Assembly (NCBI RefSeq): GCF_001194135.2
Contig: NC_068986.1
Coordinates: 26,097,863-26,161,862, forward strand
Reading direction: 5' to 3'
From: Octopus bimaculoides
Taxonomy: Eukaryota
DNA: 64,000 nucleotides
Shown: one piece after another, positions 42,267 to 53,538 of the stretch
How positions within the stretch are numbered: the stretch's first letter is position 1
How the letters are laid out: each line of letters begins with the position of its first letter
Position numbers and translations under genes: made by a program
Notes under the pieces: generated by a model
What the model was told of the DNA's origin: nothing
What the model saw: only the letters and a program-made list of their open reading frames with translations
Databases searched by the model: none

Positions 42267-45074
42267 NNNNNNNNNNNNNNNNNNNNNNNNNNNNNNNNNN
42301 NNNNNNNNNNNNNNNNNNNNNNNNNNNNNNNNATATATATATATATATATATATATATATAGCTGGTATTCATTAATAGTCAGTTGAAATGCAAAATTGG
42401 CAGTAGCAAGATTTGAACTGAACAAAAAAGAAAGGAATCTATATGAAAACCAGGTAGAAAACACAAAACTTTTGTTATTTAAGGTACATAAGAATTACCT
42501 ATAAAATAACATTAGCTTTGACTGGTTAAAAATAGCAGCCAAATTACCCTCAAATCATACCCATCTTAAGGAAGGAAAGACACACTGGATCATGTGGTCC
42601 CTGATACACTGTGAATGAACAGAAGACAAAATAGTTACAACTAGAATGGTTTTGATCATAAGTCTACTGAAATAGGGTCAAGCTGAGGCAAAACACACAC
42701 ACACACACACACTTAAGTTACATGAATCCCTCTAATACTGGTTAGTTTTAGCAAATGCAAAATTAATATAATAAATCTAAAGCCTGACATAACATAATTA
42801 GATAGGAACTTTATTCTTAAATTTATTATTTACATTTATAGGAAAAGACTTATATAGGATAAAACTTCATAGTTGAGGACAAAGGAGTTGATGATAGTTT
42901 ATAGATGAAAATTATATATCATTGCAAGTCAATAAACCGAATCTAAACATTTCTGTAAAACTATCATGGAACAACAGTAGTAATTAATAGATAGTTTCAC
43001 ATGAGAAGCAATAAAAACGTTGAACAAGAAAACTATGATTTATAGGTATTGCCTACGTACATGATAGAAAGTGCAGTAGGAGTTGTGATAAGAAAATTGG
43101 TAATTAAAATGTTGCCTGAGTAGGCAGGAAAAACAAAGTCGGCAGCATTTTAGCAATTTTTGTAAGTGCATTTAGCTCTGAAGATAATTCTGTATATTAC
43201 CGAGAGACTTCTTATAAATATTCACAAAATAATGATAATAATAACAACAACAACAACATAGATGATTTTGTTCATTTCCCATGTCTAACCTACTACAATA
43301 ACAATCTAGTATGATATTATTAATAAAAGTGATTAAAAAAAAAAGTTGTAATAAGCATTCATAAAACTTGTAATACAAAGTAATTCATACATTCAATGAG
43401 GAATTGATTCCAGATACACTAAGATTGGCAGTAGGTGGAAGACCTGTCAACTATACTCTCACTCTTGCTCTCTCTCTCTCTCTCTCTCTTACACACATAT
43501 ACAGATCAAAGTATTTATAAAATTGACTAAGATAAATGGCCATAGCATGAAAAGATAGACTTGTAGTAATAGAAGGATAAAGAATTTAGAAATACACCTA
43601 CTTTGACACACAAAGTTGTTACATAAATGTCCACTGCCTGTATAGTAATGCTGTAGCTATCCCTACACATCAGTTTTCCAACCCTCTCCTTGACACAAAA
43701 AGTCAGGTGTCTGACTCATGTTCTATTGTACATGATATAAATGATTACTAAAATTAAAACAATTTGACCAAACAATGGCAACATCAGCACCTATTATACG
43801 TAGAAGGGTTGCTTACACTGTCATTGAAATATTTTGTAACAAATGATCACTAAAGTAAGTTTATTAATAAAGCTAGTTAAATACTTGCCTTCAACAAATT
43901 TTAAAAAATACACTTGCTACTCAAGATGCAAAGTGAAAATCCTCATAAATACATATATATATTCATAAATATATGTATATGTGTGAGTGTGTGCATATAT
44001 GTGTGTGTGTGTGTACACAGGCATACACACAAATATATATGAATGTATTCAAATGTATTTATAAACACACACACACACACACACAATCAAACAACTGCTG
44101 TTAAAACAGTAAATTTTAGCGCCTAAAATATCTTGTTCCATTTGTAGATTAGCTTTGTCACAATATGGAAGAGCCAAAATCAGATATTTGTACAACTTCA
44201 TAGAATCTGGTCTCAGAAAGTGTTGAAATACTGATGCTGTCTATCCATTAAGAGCCCTCTGGTAAAAATCGCTGTTCCACACAAGAGTATGTTTTTATCA
44301 AGGTCCAAACTAACTTTCTCTATGATAAGGCTGTGGGACTCCATCCTTAACATGAATTTGGCTAGAGCGAAAATTTTATTTGCTGACTAGACTGGTCAAG
44401 GATGTTCATGTACAGAAGTTGGATGAGTCTTCCTTTCTACCAACTGCTCCAATTAAAAGCTAAGACTAAGAAATATATTAATTTACCTTGTGATACAATC
44501 ATAAAGCTAATCCCAGGCTATGGTCTCAACTCTAAAATCCATGTGCTAAAGGCAAATCATAAACATTTCATTTCTACACTTTTGAAATTTTGTCTCTATG
44601 AGCTGAGGGTTTGTTCTGAGGCAGTTTGACCACTAATTATTTGCTTCATTGAGTAAAATGAGAAAGAGCATTTTGCTCTGTGAAACCTCCTATTATAAAT
44701 GGAAACCCTATCTCATACATGAAACCTCATTCATTACTGATTCAGGATAACATGGTACGCACAATTGTGAACCATGTTGTGCTTATCACAGGGTGATCTG
44801 TGATAACATGCTTTATGATCAGTCAAAGAGTCTGCTTGGAACACAAAAGCATTCCCCAGCAACCACCCACAGCTACCCACAATGCACTGACTATTGTAAT
44901 GCTCACAAGACAATGTTGTGAGGCTGCATATTTTTTTATATGGATTTATGTACTCATATCTATCAAAATGGTACAAATAAACACAAGAAACACAGACATC
45001 TGATCTTAACAAATGACACAGATGAGTGTATTCTCAACAGCAAAAAGTAGAGATAATAAAGAAAATACACAACA

Positions 45075-45330
45075 GTGGAAGCTTCATTGCTATGGGCTGA
45101 AAGTTTGGTGTCAACCTATCATTTGCTCCACTTACAAAGTGCATGGAGTAGACTCATTATCACTGTTTTTTGGAGTCAAACCTCTGTGATAAATGAAGAT
45201 AGATGTACTTCTTTGAGAACATGGTATAACCTGCACCAGCTTCAGTTAATTGTTCACGATCATTACTTAGCTTGAACATTTCTTCAGAAATTTTTAGTTG
45301 TGCTTTGTTAAGTTTAAGAGACATTAACTT
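45075..45330 (-). pseudogene. Decayed RTE-clade LINE AP-endonuclease fragment
   Basis: Minus-strand translation gives EQLTEAGAGYTMF and, after a frameshift, SGANDRL. These match the recalled RTE/BovB endonuclease motifs GQL.E.GAGYTFFW and G.NDRL. Confidence 0.6.
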
Positions 45331-45510
45331 AGCTGTGGATTATTACTGAGGCAGACCATAAGATCAAATATCATCCACCAGTTAAGTTGCCTGATAAAGA
45401 CTGCCTTTTGTTGAGTAACAATAAATGCTTAATTAAAGGAGACTAAGCTTGTAAACCAATACAATCTCAAAAAATGTATTTGTATCAATGTACAAACATA
45501 CAACACAATT

Positions 45511-45564
<54 letters not shown>

Positions 45565-45869
45565 AAAAGGTGACTATGTGGCTTTAGAGTTTACATCATA
45601 ATAAATGGTTTCAGGTTCTATTTTAGATTATTCCTTATGAAGCACACGTATCATTGTCATCATTTTAATGCCCATTTTTCTATGCCTGCATAAAACAGAA
45701 TCTTCCGAGGCAAACTTTCTAGAGTCAGATACCCTTTCTGTCACCAAGCAAGGTAATAGTTCCCCATGAGTAAACAAGTTTTTCACAGAAGATTGGAAAC
45801 AAACTTGTTTACAACCATCACACAATATCAAGGCAAAGGAACACTTATACACATAGTATGTGTGTGTGT

Positions 45870-46000
45870 GATGGGCTTCTTTCAGTTTCCATCACCCAAA
45901 TCCACTCACAAGGGTTTGGTTGGCCAGTGGTTATAGTAAAAGACACTTGCTCGAGGTGCCCTGCAACAGAGCTGCAAGTTTCTTAACTAACAGTCATACC
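45870..46000 (-). mobile_element. SINE family A fragment, reverse orientation
   Basis: Contains gggcttctttcagtttcc, aaatccactcacaagg.tttggttggcc and agacacttgc. Confidence 0.75.
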
Positions 46001-49000
46001 CGCACCCCATCCTCATTTGCAAATAGTTCTGTTGAAAAAGTTAATTCCTCTTTCAAGCAATTATGAAAATAATTAAATTTTTAGAACTTTTAAGTCCAAG
46101 AAAGAAGGAAGAAAATTCCAGATATGCTCTTAAACAACAAATGAGTCAACAAAGGAACCTTAGATGGTTATTAACCTAGAAATTGGAACCATATTTCTTT
46201 TAAATTATACTCTACTGTCTAACTAACTAAAAAAAAAAAAAAAGACGATATCCAAGACAACATTAAGTAATGTCATATTAGCTATAAGATGCCTGGAAAA
46301 ATGAAGAGATTGGCTGGTCATGGCTGGAACACTTTTGACCATAGATCTACTTCATCAGGCTCACAACAACAACAAAATAATGAAGAAATCACAATCTCAT
46401 TAGCATTCAACAATTTTAATGAGAAGTATAGTTACAAAGAGTAGAGAGTAAAGGTAACTTCCCAGTAAAACCAGCCATAATTCCTATTTTAATTCACTTA
46501 TCAACACTAATATCTTTTTACAAAGACTTAAACATCACAAACTCAACTTTCCTCCCCTTATAAATATGAAATATCAAGCCAATTCTTTTAGAAAACTCAA
46601 TATTACATTAAAAAAAATCTTTTATATTTATAGTTTACATCTAATTGAATAATTGAGCTAGTTATTTTCTTTTCTTTGTAATATTAAAACCAGAATTGAA
46701 GTTTATTCCATAACATGGCAGTTACTATAATATTATTTCAATCAAAAGGAAAAAAACCTTGAAATTTGACAGGTGACAAACAAGACTGAATAATTCAATC
46801 ATTAAGACTATTTTAACATGATAACTAGATTATAGATAAATTGATCCCCAGAACACACAGAAATGTTTCAGTAATTTTTAGCCAATCAGAGACTTCTTTC
46901 AGAACCATGTTACTGATTTATAGCAAGTGATACATTGAAACTTAGGAAAGAAATGGAATATATTTTTATGATAGTTTTTGTTTTGTAGTTTTTTCCCCCC
47001 ACCACTTCTATTGACTTCCCAGAGAAATGGAAGAACAGCAGGTGTACTATGTCAGTTATAGAATGTCAAGGACATAGTTGGGAAGATGCTGCAGTAAACT
47101 AAATGTAGAAATAATTGATAATTCTAAATAAATATCTGTTTACAATTTCATCTGTATGTTCTAGAACAAAGACAATTTATATTTCCTTAAAAAAAAAAAA
47201 ATCAAAGTATAGAAAGTATGAAAAAACAATTCACTAGTATAATGATAAAATTAAGTTGAATCTTTGCCCCCAAATTTTATTGAGTGTAGGAATAAAAGAA
47301 GTAATATATTTTTTATTGCATATAAAAATTTTACAGACAAACAAATGAAATATAGCTAAACCAATTTCGAATGTTGAAAAAAAAAAAAAAAAAATTGATT
47401 TAATGAAGCAATAGAAAACAGACAAACCAATAACATTATTAACACCAATGAATAAGGGATGATCTACAAATAGGTAACTAAAATGTGTTCTGCAACAGTT
47501 CAGACACCATCATACTGATACATGTTGCATCAACAGATGAATGTAATGTAGTTGCTTGGCTACACACTCAAAGTATATTGTTCTGTTAGAAATATAATAA
47601 CCAGATTGATATTTCTTGTGAACCAGCAAAGTAATTAAAAGAATAATTTCAAGTTATCAATTTACATAATTTGCTTTCTTTCTTTTTTTCTTTTAATGTT
47701 TCTTTTAGCAAGTTACAGCACAAGCATTTCACAAAATAACTTCTGTCTGAAATTTTCTGTGAATTGATCTAATACTTTTTAAATCTTTTTTTTCTTTCTT
47801 CCTACTCTTACAGAATAAAAATCTGAAAACACCTTGCTTGGATGATTTGAGAAATAATGAAAGGATTTGATGTAGACATAATATAATAAAAGAGAATGAT
47901 AAACTATATTGAGAATTTAATTAAAAAATCTTTAATCATTATTCATAATAATCAAGTTTGGATCACCAATAGTATAAGCATAGTGTTATACTTTCGTAAT
48001 ATTAAATTCTTTGTATTATTATCATCTTAAATCGTCATCATCATTATCAAAAGGTCATTTGTCTACCTGACAAAATTTATTTTACCAACAACATACTTTA
48101 ATTGATATAGTTCTTTACTGTTATTTTCCTTGCTTTATCTTTGTATTTCACAGACAATGCTTTCCTGAAATTGTCTGACAGTGCTCTGTCTATTGCTTGA
48201 ATCTGTCCAGTATACCTATGTGCTACTCAACGTTACGTTAGAAAATCTGTTATACTCTGTGGATCAGGGACTTAAAAAAGTACCATTCTGTATATAGAGT
48301 TAGTCAAAATGGTTACAAATTTTCTTAATTATAATTTTTATCAGCCAATTGTATTATTTACTTATAGCTTTAAATATAATAAAAAAATGTTCTGTACACA
48401 AAAGTCTTATTTTATTTTTTAAAATAATGTAGATTTGAGTGAAGAACTAGATAGCATATTATCATAAAGTTGGACAATGTCACAGTAGCACTGTCTAACT
48501 TAGGAGAAAAAGCAAGGGCTTCATTGCATACAATGACAAAGATTCTGAAGAAACAAGAAGTCTTCAGAAAAACCACTTCAACTGAATAATTTCCATTTTA
48601 ATAGAGAATTCAAGTTGAAGAATTACTGGACATTATAGAGTGAATATCTACAAGGACATGATCAAATTCACTTGGTACAGGAATGTCACAATGTAACGTT
48701 GCAAAACTTTTACATAATGATGGTTAATTGAAAACATTAAAAGATAAGATTTTCTAAACAAACAAAATTAAGAAACAAATGAATTTATGAGAGCTAAATT
48801 CTACAATATTATACAACATCTTGAATGCTGAGTAAAATGTATATTACCAAAAAAAAAGAAAAAAGACTTGATTGAACACATTGCTATGGTAAACTCCCTT
48901 TTCCAGCTTTGTTTTAATAAAATATTGAAAATCTACTTTTATACACTGAATTAAAAAAAAATTGCAATTATTTTTGATAACCATGTATATTCTTATTAGA

Positions 49001-49264
49001 AACAACACAACTAAGGAAACCAGAAACTTTTTTCTGTATAATTAATAACCAATTAGGATGATCAATATTGATCCAGATATGATATTGAGCAAGCTTTGCT
49101 CAAACTTCATAATTAAAGTTATTGTTGAATAACACTAGGTTAGCTCTGATCAAGTTAAAAAACCTTTGATTACATGTCTGAATAATCAGAGCTAATCTAA
49201 AGCTAAACAACAATTGAATAATTTCTGAATACTAACGAAATTCTAAATACATAAATGAACTCAC

Positions 49265-49429
49265 CTCGTCAGATTCAAAGACATGACAAAGAATCTTCGC
49301 CTGTTTCTTTCTTCGTAAAGATTCATCCCCCGGGCTGGAGAGGAGACGCCGGCGAGCCATGATTACCAGGATGTCGCCAATGTCAGCAATATATGATATT
49401 GTCCGTAAGGAATGATCCATCATGATTTC
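49265..49429 (-). CDS. APBA: X11/Mint/APBA internal coding exon (PTB domain): [55 protein letters not shown]
   Basis: 165 nt, phase 0/0. Acceptor is ttctaCAG|GAA and donor is GAG|GTGAGT. Contains the family-diagnostic [15 protein letters not shown]...MARRR...CHVFES motif and overlaps ORF 49232..49423. Confidence 0.97.
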
Positions 49430-49651
49430 CTGTAGAAGGGAAAAATTTCAATGAAAAACAAGTTTTATAACATTTACCTAAGATGGGGTAAAGAAATGAA
49501 AAGAGCTAAAGCAGACAAAGATGAGTACTATGAACAACTCATTCATATAAATGAGTTGTTAAACATTTTAAGCAAGAACCTCAACAAAAAAATTATATAT
49601 TTAGTATAGTATATAGCAACAAATAGAAATGGTGGAAAATAAAATTACACA

Positions 49652-49683
<32 letters not shown>

Positions 49684-49909
49684 GACATTATGCAACTTCT
49701 GTCCTTTCATCATACATTTATTAATATTATGCTTTGTACTTTCTGGTTCATATAAGAATCTAGAGCAGGGGACATCACAACCCTTGGCTATTAGAGCTTA
49801 CTACTATACTACTACTGTGAAATATAAGTATATATTGAGTTCTAGCAACTGGTTATTAATACTGATATGACTAAGCAGAATCATTACATTATATATACAT
49901 AAAAGTGTG

Positions 49910-49941
<32 letters not shown>

Positions 49942-51590
49942 NNNNNNNNNNNNNNNNNNNNNNNNNNNNNNNNNNNNNNNNNNNNNNNNNNNNNNNNNNN
50001 NNNNNNNNNNNNNNNNNNNNNNNNNNNNNNNNNNNNNNNNNNNNNNNNNNNNNNNNNNNNNNNNNNNNNNNNNNNNNNNNNNNNNNNNNNNNNNNNNNNN
50101 NNNNNNNNNNNNNNNNNNNNNNNNNNNNNNNNNNNNNNNNNNNNNNNNNNNNNNNNNNNNNNNNNNNNNNNNNNNNNNNNNNNNNNNNNNNNNNNNNNNN
50201 NNNNNNNNNNNNNNNNNNNNNNNNNNNNNNNNNNNNNNNNNNNNNNNNNNNNNNNNNNNNNNNNNNNNNNNNNNNNNNNNNNNNNNNNNNNNNNNNNNNN
50301 NNNNNNNNNNNNNNNNNNNNNNNNNNNNNNNNNNNNNNNNNNNNNNNNNNNNNNNNNNNNNNNNNNNNNNNNNNNNNNNNNNNNNNNNNNNNNNNNNNNN
50401 NNNNNNNNNNNNNNNNNNNNNNNNNNNNNNNNNNNNNNNNNNNNNNNNNNNNNNNNNNNNNNNNNNNNNNNNNNNNNNNNNNNNNNNNNNNNNNNNNNNN
50501 NNNNNNNNNNNNNNNNNNNNNNNNNNNNNNNNNNNNNNNNNNNNNNNNNNNNNNNNNNNNNNNNNNNNNNNNNNNNNNNNNNNNNNNNNNNNNNNNNNNN
50601 NNNNNNNNNNNNNNNNNNNNNNNNNNNNNNNNNNNNNNNNNNNNNNNNNNNNNNNNNNNNNNNNNNNNNNNNNNNNNNNNNNNNNNNNNNNNNNNNNNNN
50701 NNNNNNNNNNNNNNNNNNNNNNNNNNNNNNNNNNNNNNNNNNNNNNNNNNNNNNNNNNNNNNNNNNNNNNNNNNNNNNNNNNNNNNNNNNNNNNNNNNNN
50801 NNNNNNNNNNNNNNNNNNNNNNNNNNNNNNNNNNNNNNNNNNNTTACAAGTATTTATACTCTGGTGAAATTAAGAAATCAACTCATAAATAAATGAAAAC
50901 CTCGAATCCATCACTGTACACACACACACACAGAGTCGCATATGTATGTATGTACCCATGTGTGTCTACATGCATAGGTACACCATGGTTGAAACACACA
51001 CACACAGACGAGAGTTGATTCATATGAAAAAGAAAGTGAACAAAATAATATGATCAGTTGCCTAACGGGAAATTTGTAAGTTCGATTTAAAACATTTTTT
51101 TTAAAGATAACCAAACCAAATGTTCATCATTTTGAGCCACTCACCCAATGAGTATTTCTGCTAAATGTGGTGAAAATCCGTTGAGCCGTTTTCCAGTAAT
51201 TTTGCAAACACACAAAGATGAGTGATTACAATGCCCTGCTTTCGCTTATGCATGCAGGGTAATAATAATAATAATAATAACAACAACAAGCAGGTAATAG
51301 CAAGAGTGCAGACTTTCTCAGTGGATAGCATTTTACATAATAAAGAAAGATTGTTTTGGATTGGATATGCTTTCAAAAGATCAAAAAGACACATATTTCT
51401 CAAGTTAATGAGGACTTAGCTAGATGCAATGTTAAATTTTGCAAAGCCTGCTACATTTAACATTGTCATAAGTAAGAATTGATAGCAAAGGTAGATTGGC
51501 CAGTGTTGAGTGCACTATATCTCCCAAATGAAAACAGGATGTCAAAGAAAATGTTCCATACTTCAAGAATGACAATAATTATAATATTAC
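49430..51590 (-). other. 2.2-kb GT-AG intron of the APBA gene (contains a 902-N gap)
   Basis: Canonical splice sites. The junction ..NTDLQ|EIMMDH.. is in frame and colinear with homologues. Confidence 0.9.
49942..50843. other. Assembly gap. Other gaps are at 1400-1409, 21784-21797, 24653-24801, 42267-42332 and 60596-61101
   Basis: Runs of N, most of them abutting microsatellites. Confidence 1.
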
Positions 51591-51677
51591 CTGGAGATCT
51601 GTATTGAGAACCATGATTTTTTCAGTGGACACAAACAAATCTACTTCAGTACTAGGTTGGTTTTCTCCCTCTGGAGC
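51591..51677 (-). CDS. APBA: X11/Mint/APBA (LIN-10) adaptor, internal coding exon (PTB domain): APEGENQPSTEVDLFVSTEKIMVLNTDLQ
   Basis: 87 nt, phase 0/0. Acceptor is tttattTAG|GCT and donor is CAG|GTAATA on the minus strand. The peptide matches the recalled APBA1/2 PTB segment APEGE..P.TEVDLFIST..I.VLN.D.Q. Too short for the ORF track. Confidence 0.95.
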
Positions 51678-52659
51678 CTAAATAAAGTTAGAAAATAATA
51701 TATATAGAACATTTTTCCTACTGAAAACAGATGAGAAAATATAATGGATTTCAGGCGGATATTTTACAAAATAATTATACAATAAAATGCAATACATCTA
51801 GTGCATCTGAAAACAAAGTTACATTTTTAAACTCCAATTTTGAAATATTAAAGAATTTCTTTTTTGGTATTTTTCAATAAATACATCAACTTATTTTATA
51901 AAGAATATTATTTGTAGAGTTTGATTTGTTTGCCTAAATTCTTTGAACAATCAACCATTAATGATACCATTTTACCATAGAAAGTTTTTGGCAGGTTTTT
52001 AAGTTATTCTATATCCTTTGCAGGCCTTTTTTTTAATGCAAACTTTGAAAAATAATTATTTAACAAATATGAATTATGTTTTATTCAGACTGACAAGCTA
52101 GATTATGTAGATTTTTTTAAATATAAAAACTGAATAAAATGCTGTTCTCAGTTTACAAAAACACCATTTTTCAAAATGATTAACGAGTATCCTGTTGAAT
52201 AATATATGTACAAGATGAGCAGTAAATGCACAAAAAACAAATAAATAAAATGAAATATTTTGTTGCTCATTCTGTGGATAGATTATATGATACATAAATT
52301 CTGCAACGAAATTGTTTTAGCTGTTGTTGGTAATTTAAAATCTGTTAACATATTTTATTATATAATTGATTAATGGCCTAATTTAATAAGATGTTTATTT
52401 GAAAAATAATTGCTGGAAATGAGAGAGAGAGAGAGAGAGGAGGGAGATAGGGAGAGAGAGAGAGAGGGGGAGAGATAGGGAGAGAGAGAGGGAGAGATAG
52501 GGAGTGAGAGAGAGGTAGGGGCAGAATTTAAAAAAGTTCAGTTTAAAAATAAAAGGAATTATGAAAGGAAAATATCCAAGAATGGTCTTTAGAAGTAGAG
52601 TTTAGCTTATTTATGATCTGAATTTACAACAGCTGAACATAACAATTATTATCCTAAAG

Positions 52660-52810
52660 GCACATGCAGTTAGCTGAGTTCACTTCTTAACCACATGGAT
52701 TCAGGTTCATTCTAATTACAGAGCACAGCACCTTGGGCCAAGTGTCTTCCACAGTAGCCCTTGTGAGGAAATTTGGTAGACAGAAACTGAAAGAAACTTT
52801 TTGTGAGTGT
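52660..52810 (+). mobile_element. SINE family A, 5' part
   Basis: Contains aaccacatgga.tcaggttc, gcaccttggg..aagtgtcttc and ttggtagacagaaactgaaagaa. Confidence 0.75.
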
Positions 52811-52811
52811 A

Positions 52812-52843
<32 letters not shown>

Positions 52844-53007
52844 GGTGAGTTTGCAATCTGCAGTGATCTACTCTGTAGATAGTGACCCTCACAGCTTACA
52901 GCTGAGCTGCAAGTGGTAGTGTCACTGGTTATAGCTGGGTTGTAACAGGCGACATTAGCTACATTATTTACAATTGACGGATATTTGTCCTCATCTTGTT
53001 TGTTGTT

Positions 53008-53053
53008 AACATAATGTTTCGGCTGATATACCCTCCAGCCTTCATCAGATGTC
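53008..53053 (-). ncRNA. Minimal type I hammerhead ribozyme motif (Penelope-like-element type)
   Basis: Minus strand reads GACAU-CUGAUGA-A-GGCUG(gaggguauau)CAGCC-GAAA-CAUU-AUGUU. Stem I GACAU/AUGUU and stem II are intact. The short stem III has a C-A mismatch. Confidence 0.7.
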
Positions 53054-53139
53054 TTGGAGAAATTTCAAACCTGGGTTCCCATTCCTAAGGTATTTTTCGA
53101 TATTGTTGTTGTTGTTATTATTATTATTATTATTATTAT

Positions 53140-53292
53140 TCAGGTCACTGCCTGGAATCGAACTCGGAATCTTGGGGTTAGTATCCTGTGCTCTTAACCA
53201 CTATGCCATATGCCCATGGACATATGGCATAGTGGTTAAGAGCACAGGATACTATCCCCAAGATTCTGAGTTCAATTCCAGGCAGTGACTTG
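53140..53292. promoter_or_regulatory. Divergent pair of tRNA-like (Arg-like) Pol III internal promoters
   Basis: Plus head has A box TGGCATAGTGG (53225-53235) and B box GAGTTCAATTCC (53268-53279). Minus head has the same A box and GAGTTCGATTCC. The segment aagattcc..gttcga.tcc.gg resembles tRNA-Arg(ACG) (inference). Confidence 0.7.
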
Positions 53293-53293
<1 letters not shown>

Positions 53294-53347
<54 letters not shown>

Positions 53348-53433
53348 GCTTAATGTCCGCTTTCCATGCTAGCATGGGTTGGACGATTTGACTGAGGACT
53401 GGTGAACCAGATGGCTACACCAGGCTCCAATCT
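53294..53433 (-). mobile_element. 5'-truncated RTE-tailed retroposon inserted in the right arm of the palindrome
   Basis: (CAT)n at 53295-53346 is followed by cgcttaatgtccgctttccatgctagcatgggttggacg, the reverse complement of the common tail. It has no counterpart in the left arm. Confidence 0.8.
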
Positions 53434-53495
53434 ACACAAACAACAACATTGAAAAATACCTTAGGAATGAGAACCCAGGTTCGAAATTTCCCCAA

Positions 53496-53538
53496 GACAC
53501 CTGATGAAAGCTGGAGGGCATATCAGCTGAAACGTGTT
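53496..53538 (+). ncRNA. Minimal type I hammerhead ribozyme motif, probably inactivated
   Basis: Reads GACAC-CUGAUGA-A-AGCUG(gagggcauau)CAGCU-GAAA-CGU-GUU. The core and stem II are intact. About 3 nt are missing at the cleavage site/stem I relative to the other arm. Confidence 0.6.

Larger units (their letters stand above)
10558..49264 (-). other. 38.7-kb GT-AG intron of the APBA gene
   Basis: Bounded by the donor of exon 49265-49429 and the acceptor of exon 10375-10557. The spliced peptide (..FESDE|AQLIA..) is contiguous with known homologues. Confidence 0.9.

Noticed and set aside
49905-50896. Long ORFs in the track (also 24523-24838, 42165-42464 and 60414-61197)
   Set aside because: They are runs of X from N gaps plus (TA)n translations.
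53140-53292. Functional tRNA genes
   Set aside because: A/B boxes are present, but the acceptor and anticodon stems do not pair properly and the heads are embedded in a repeat. They are SINE-type heads.
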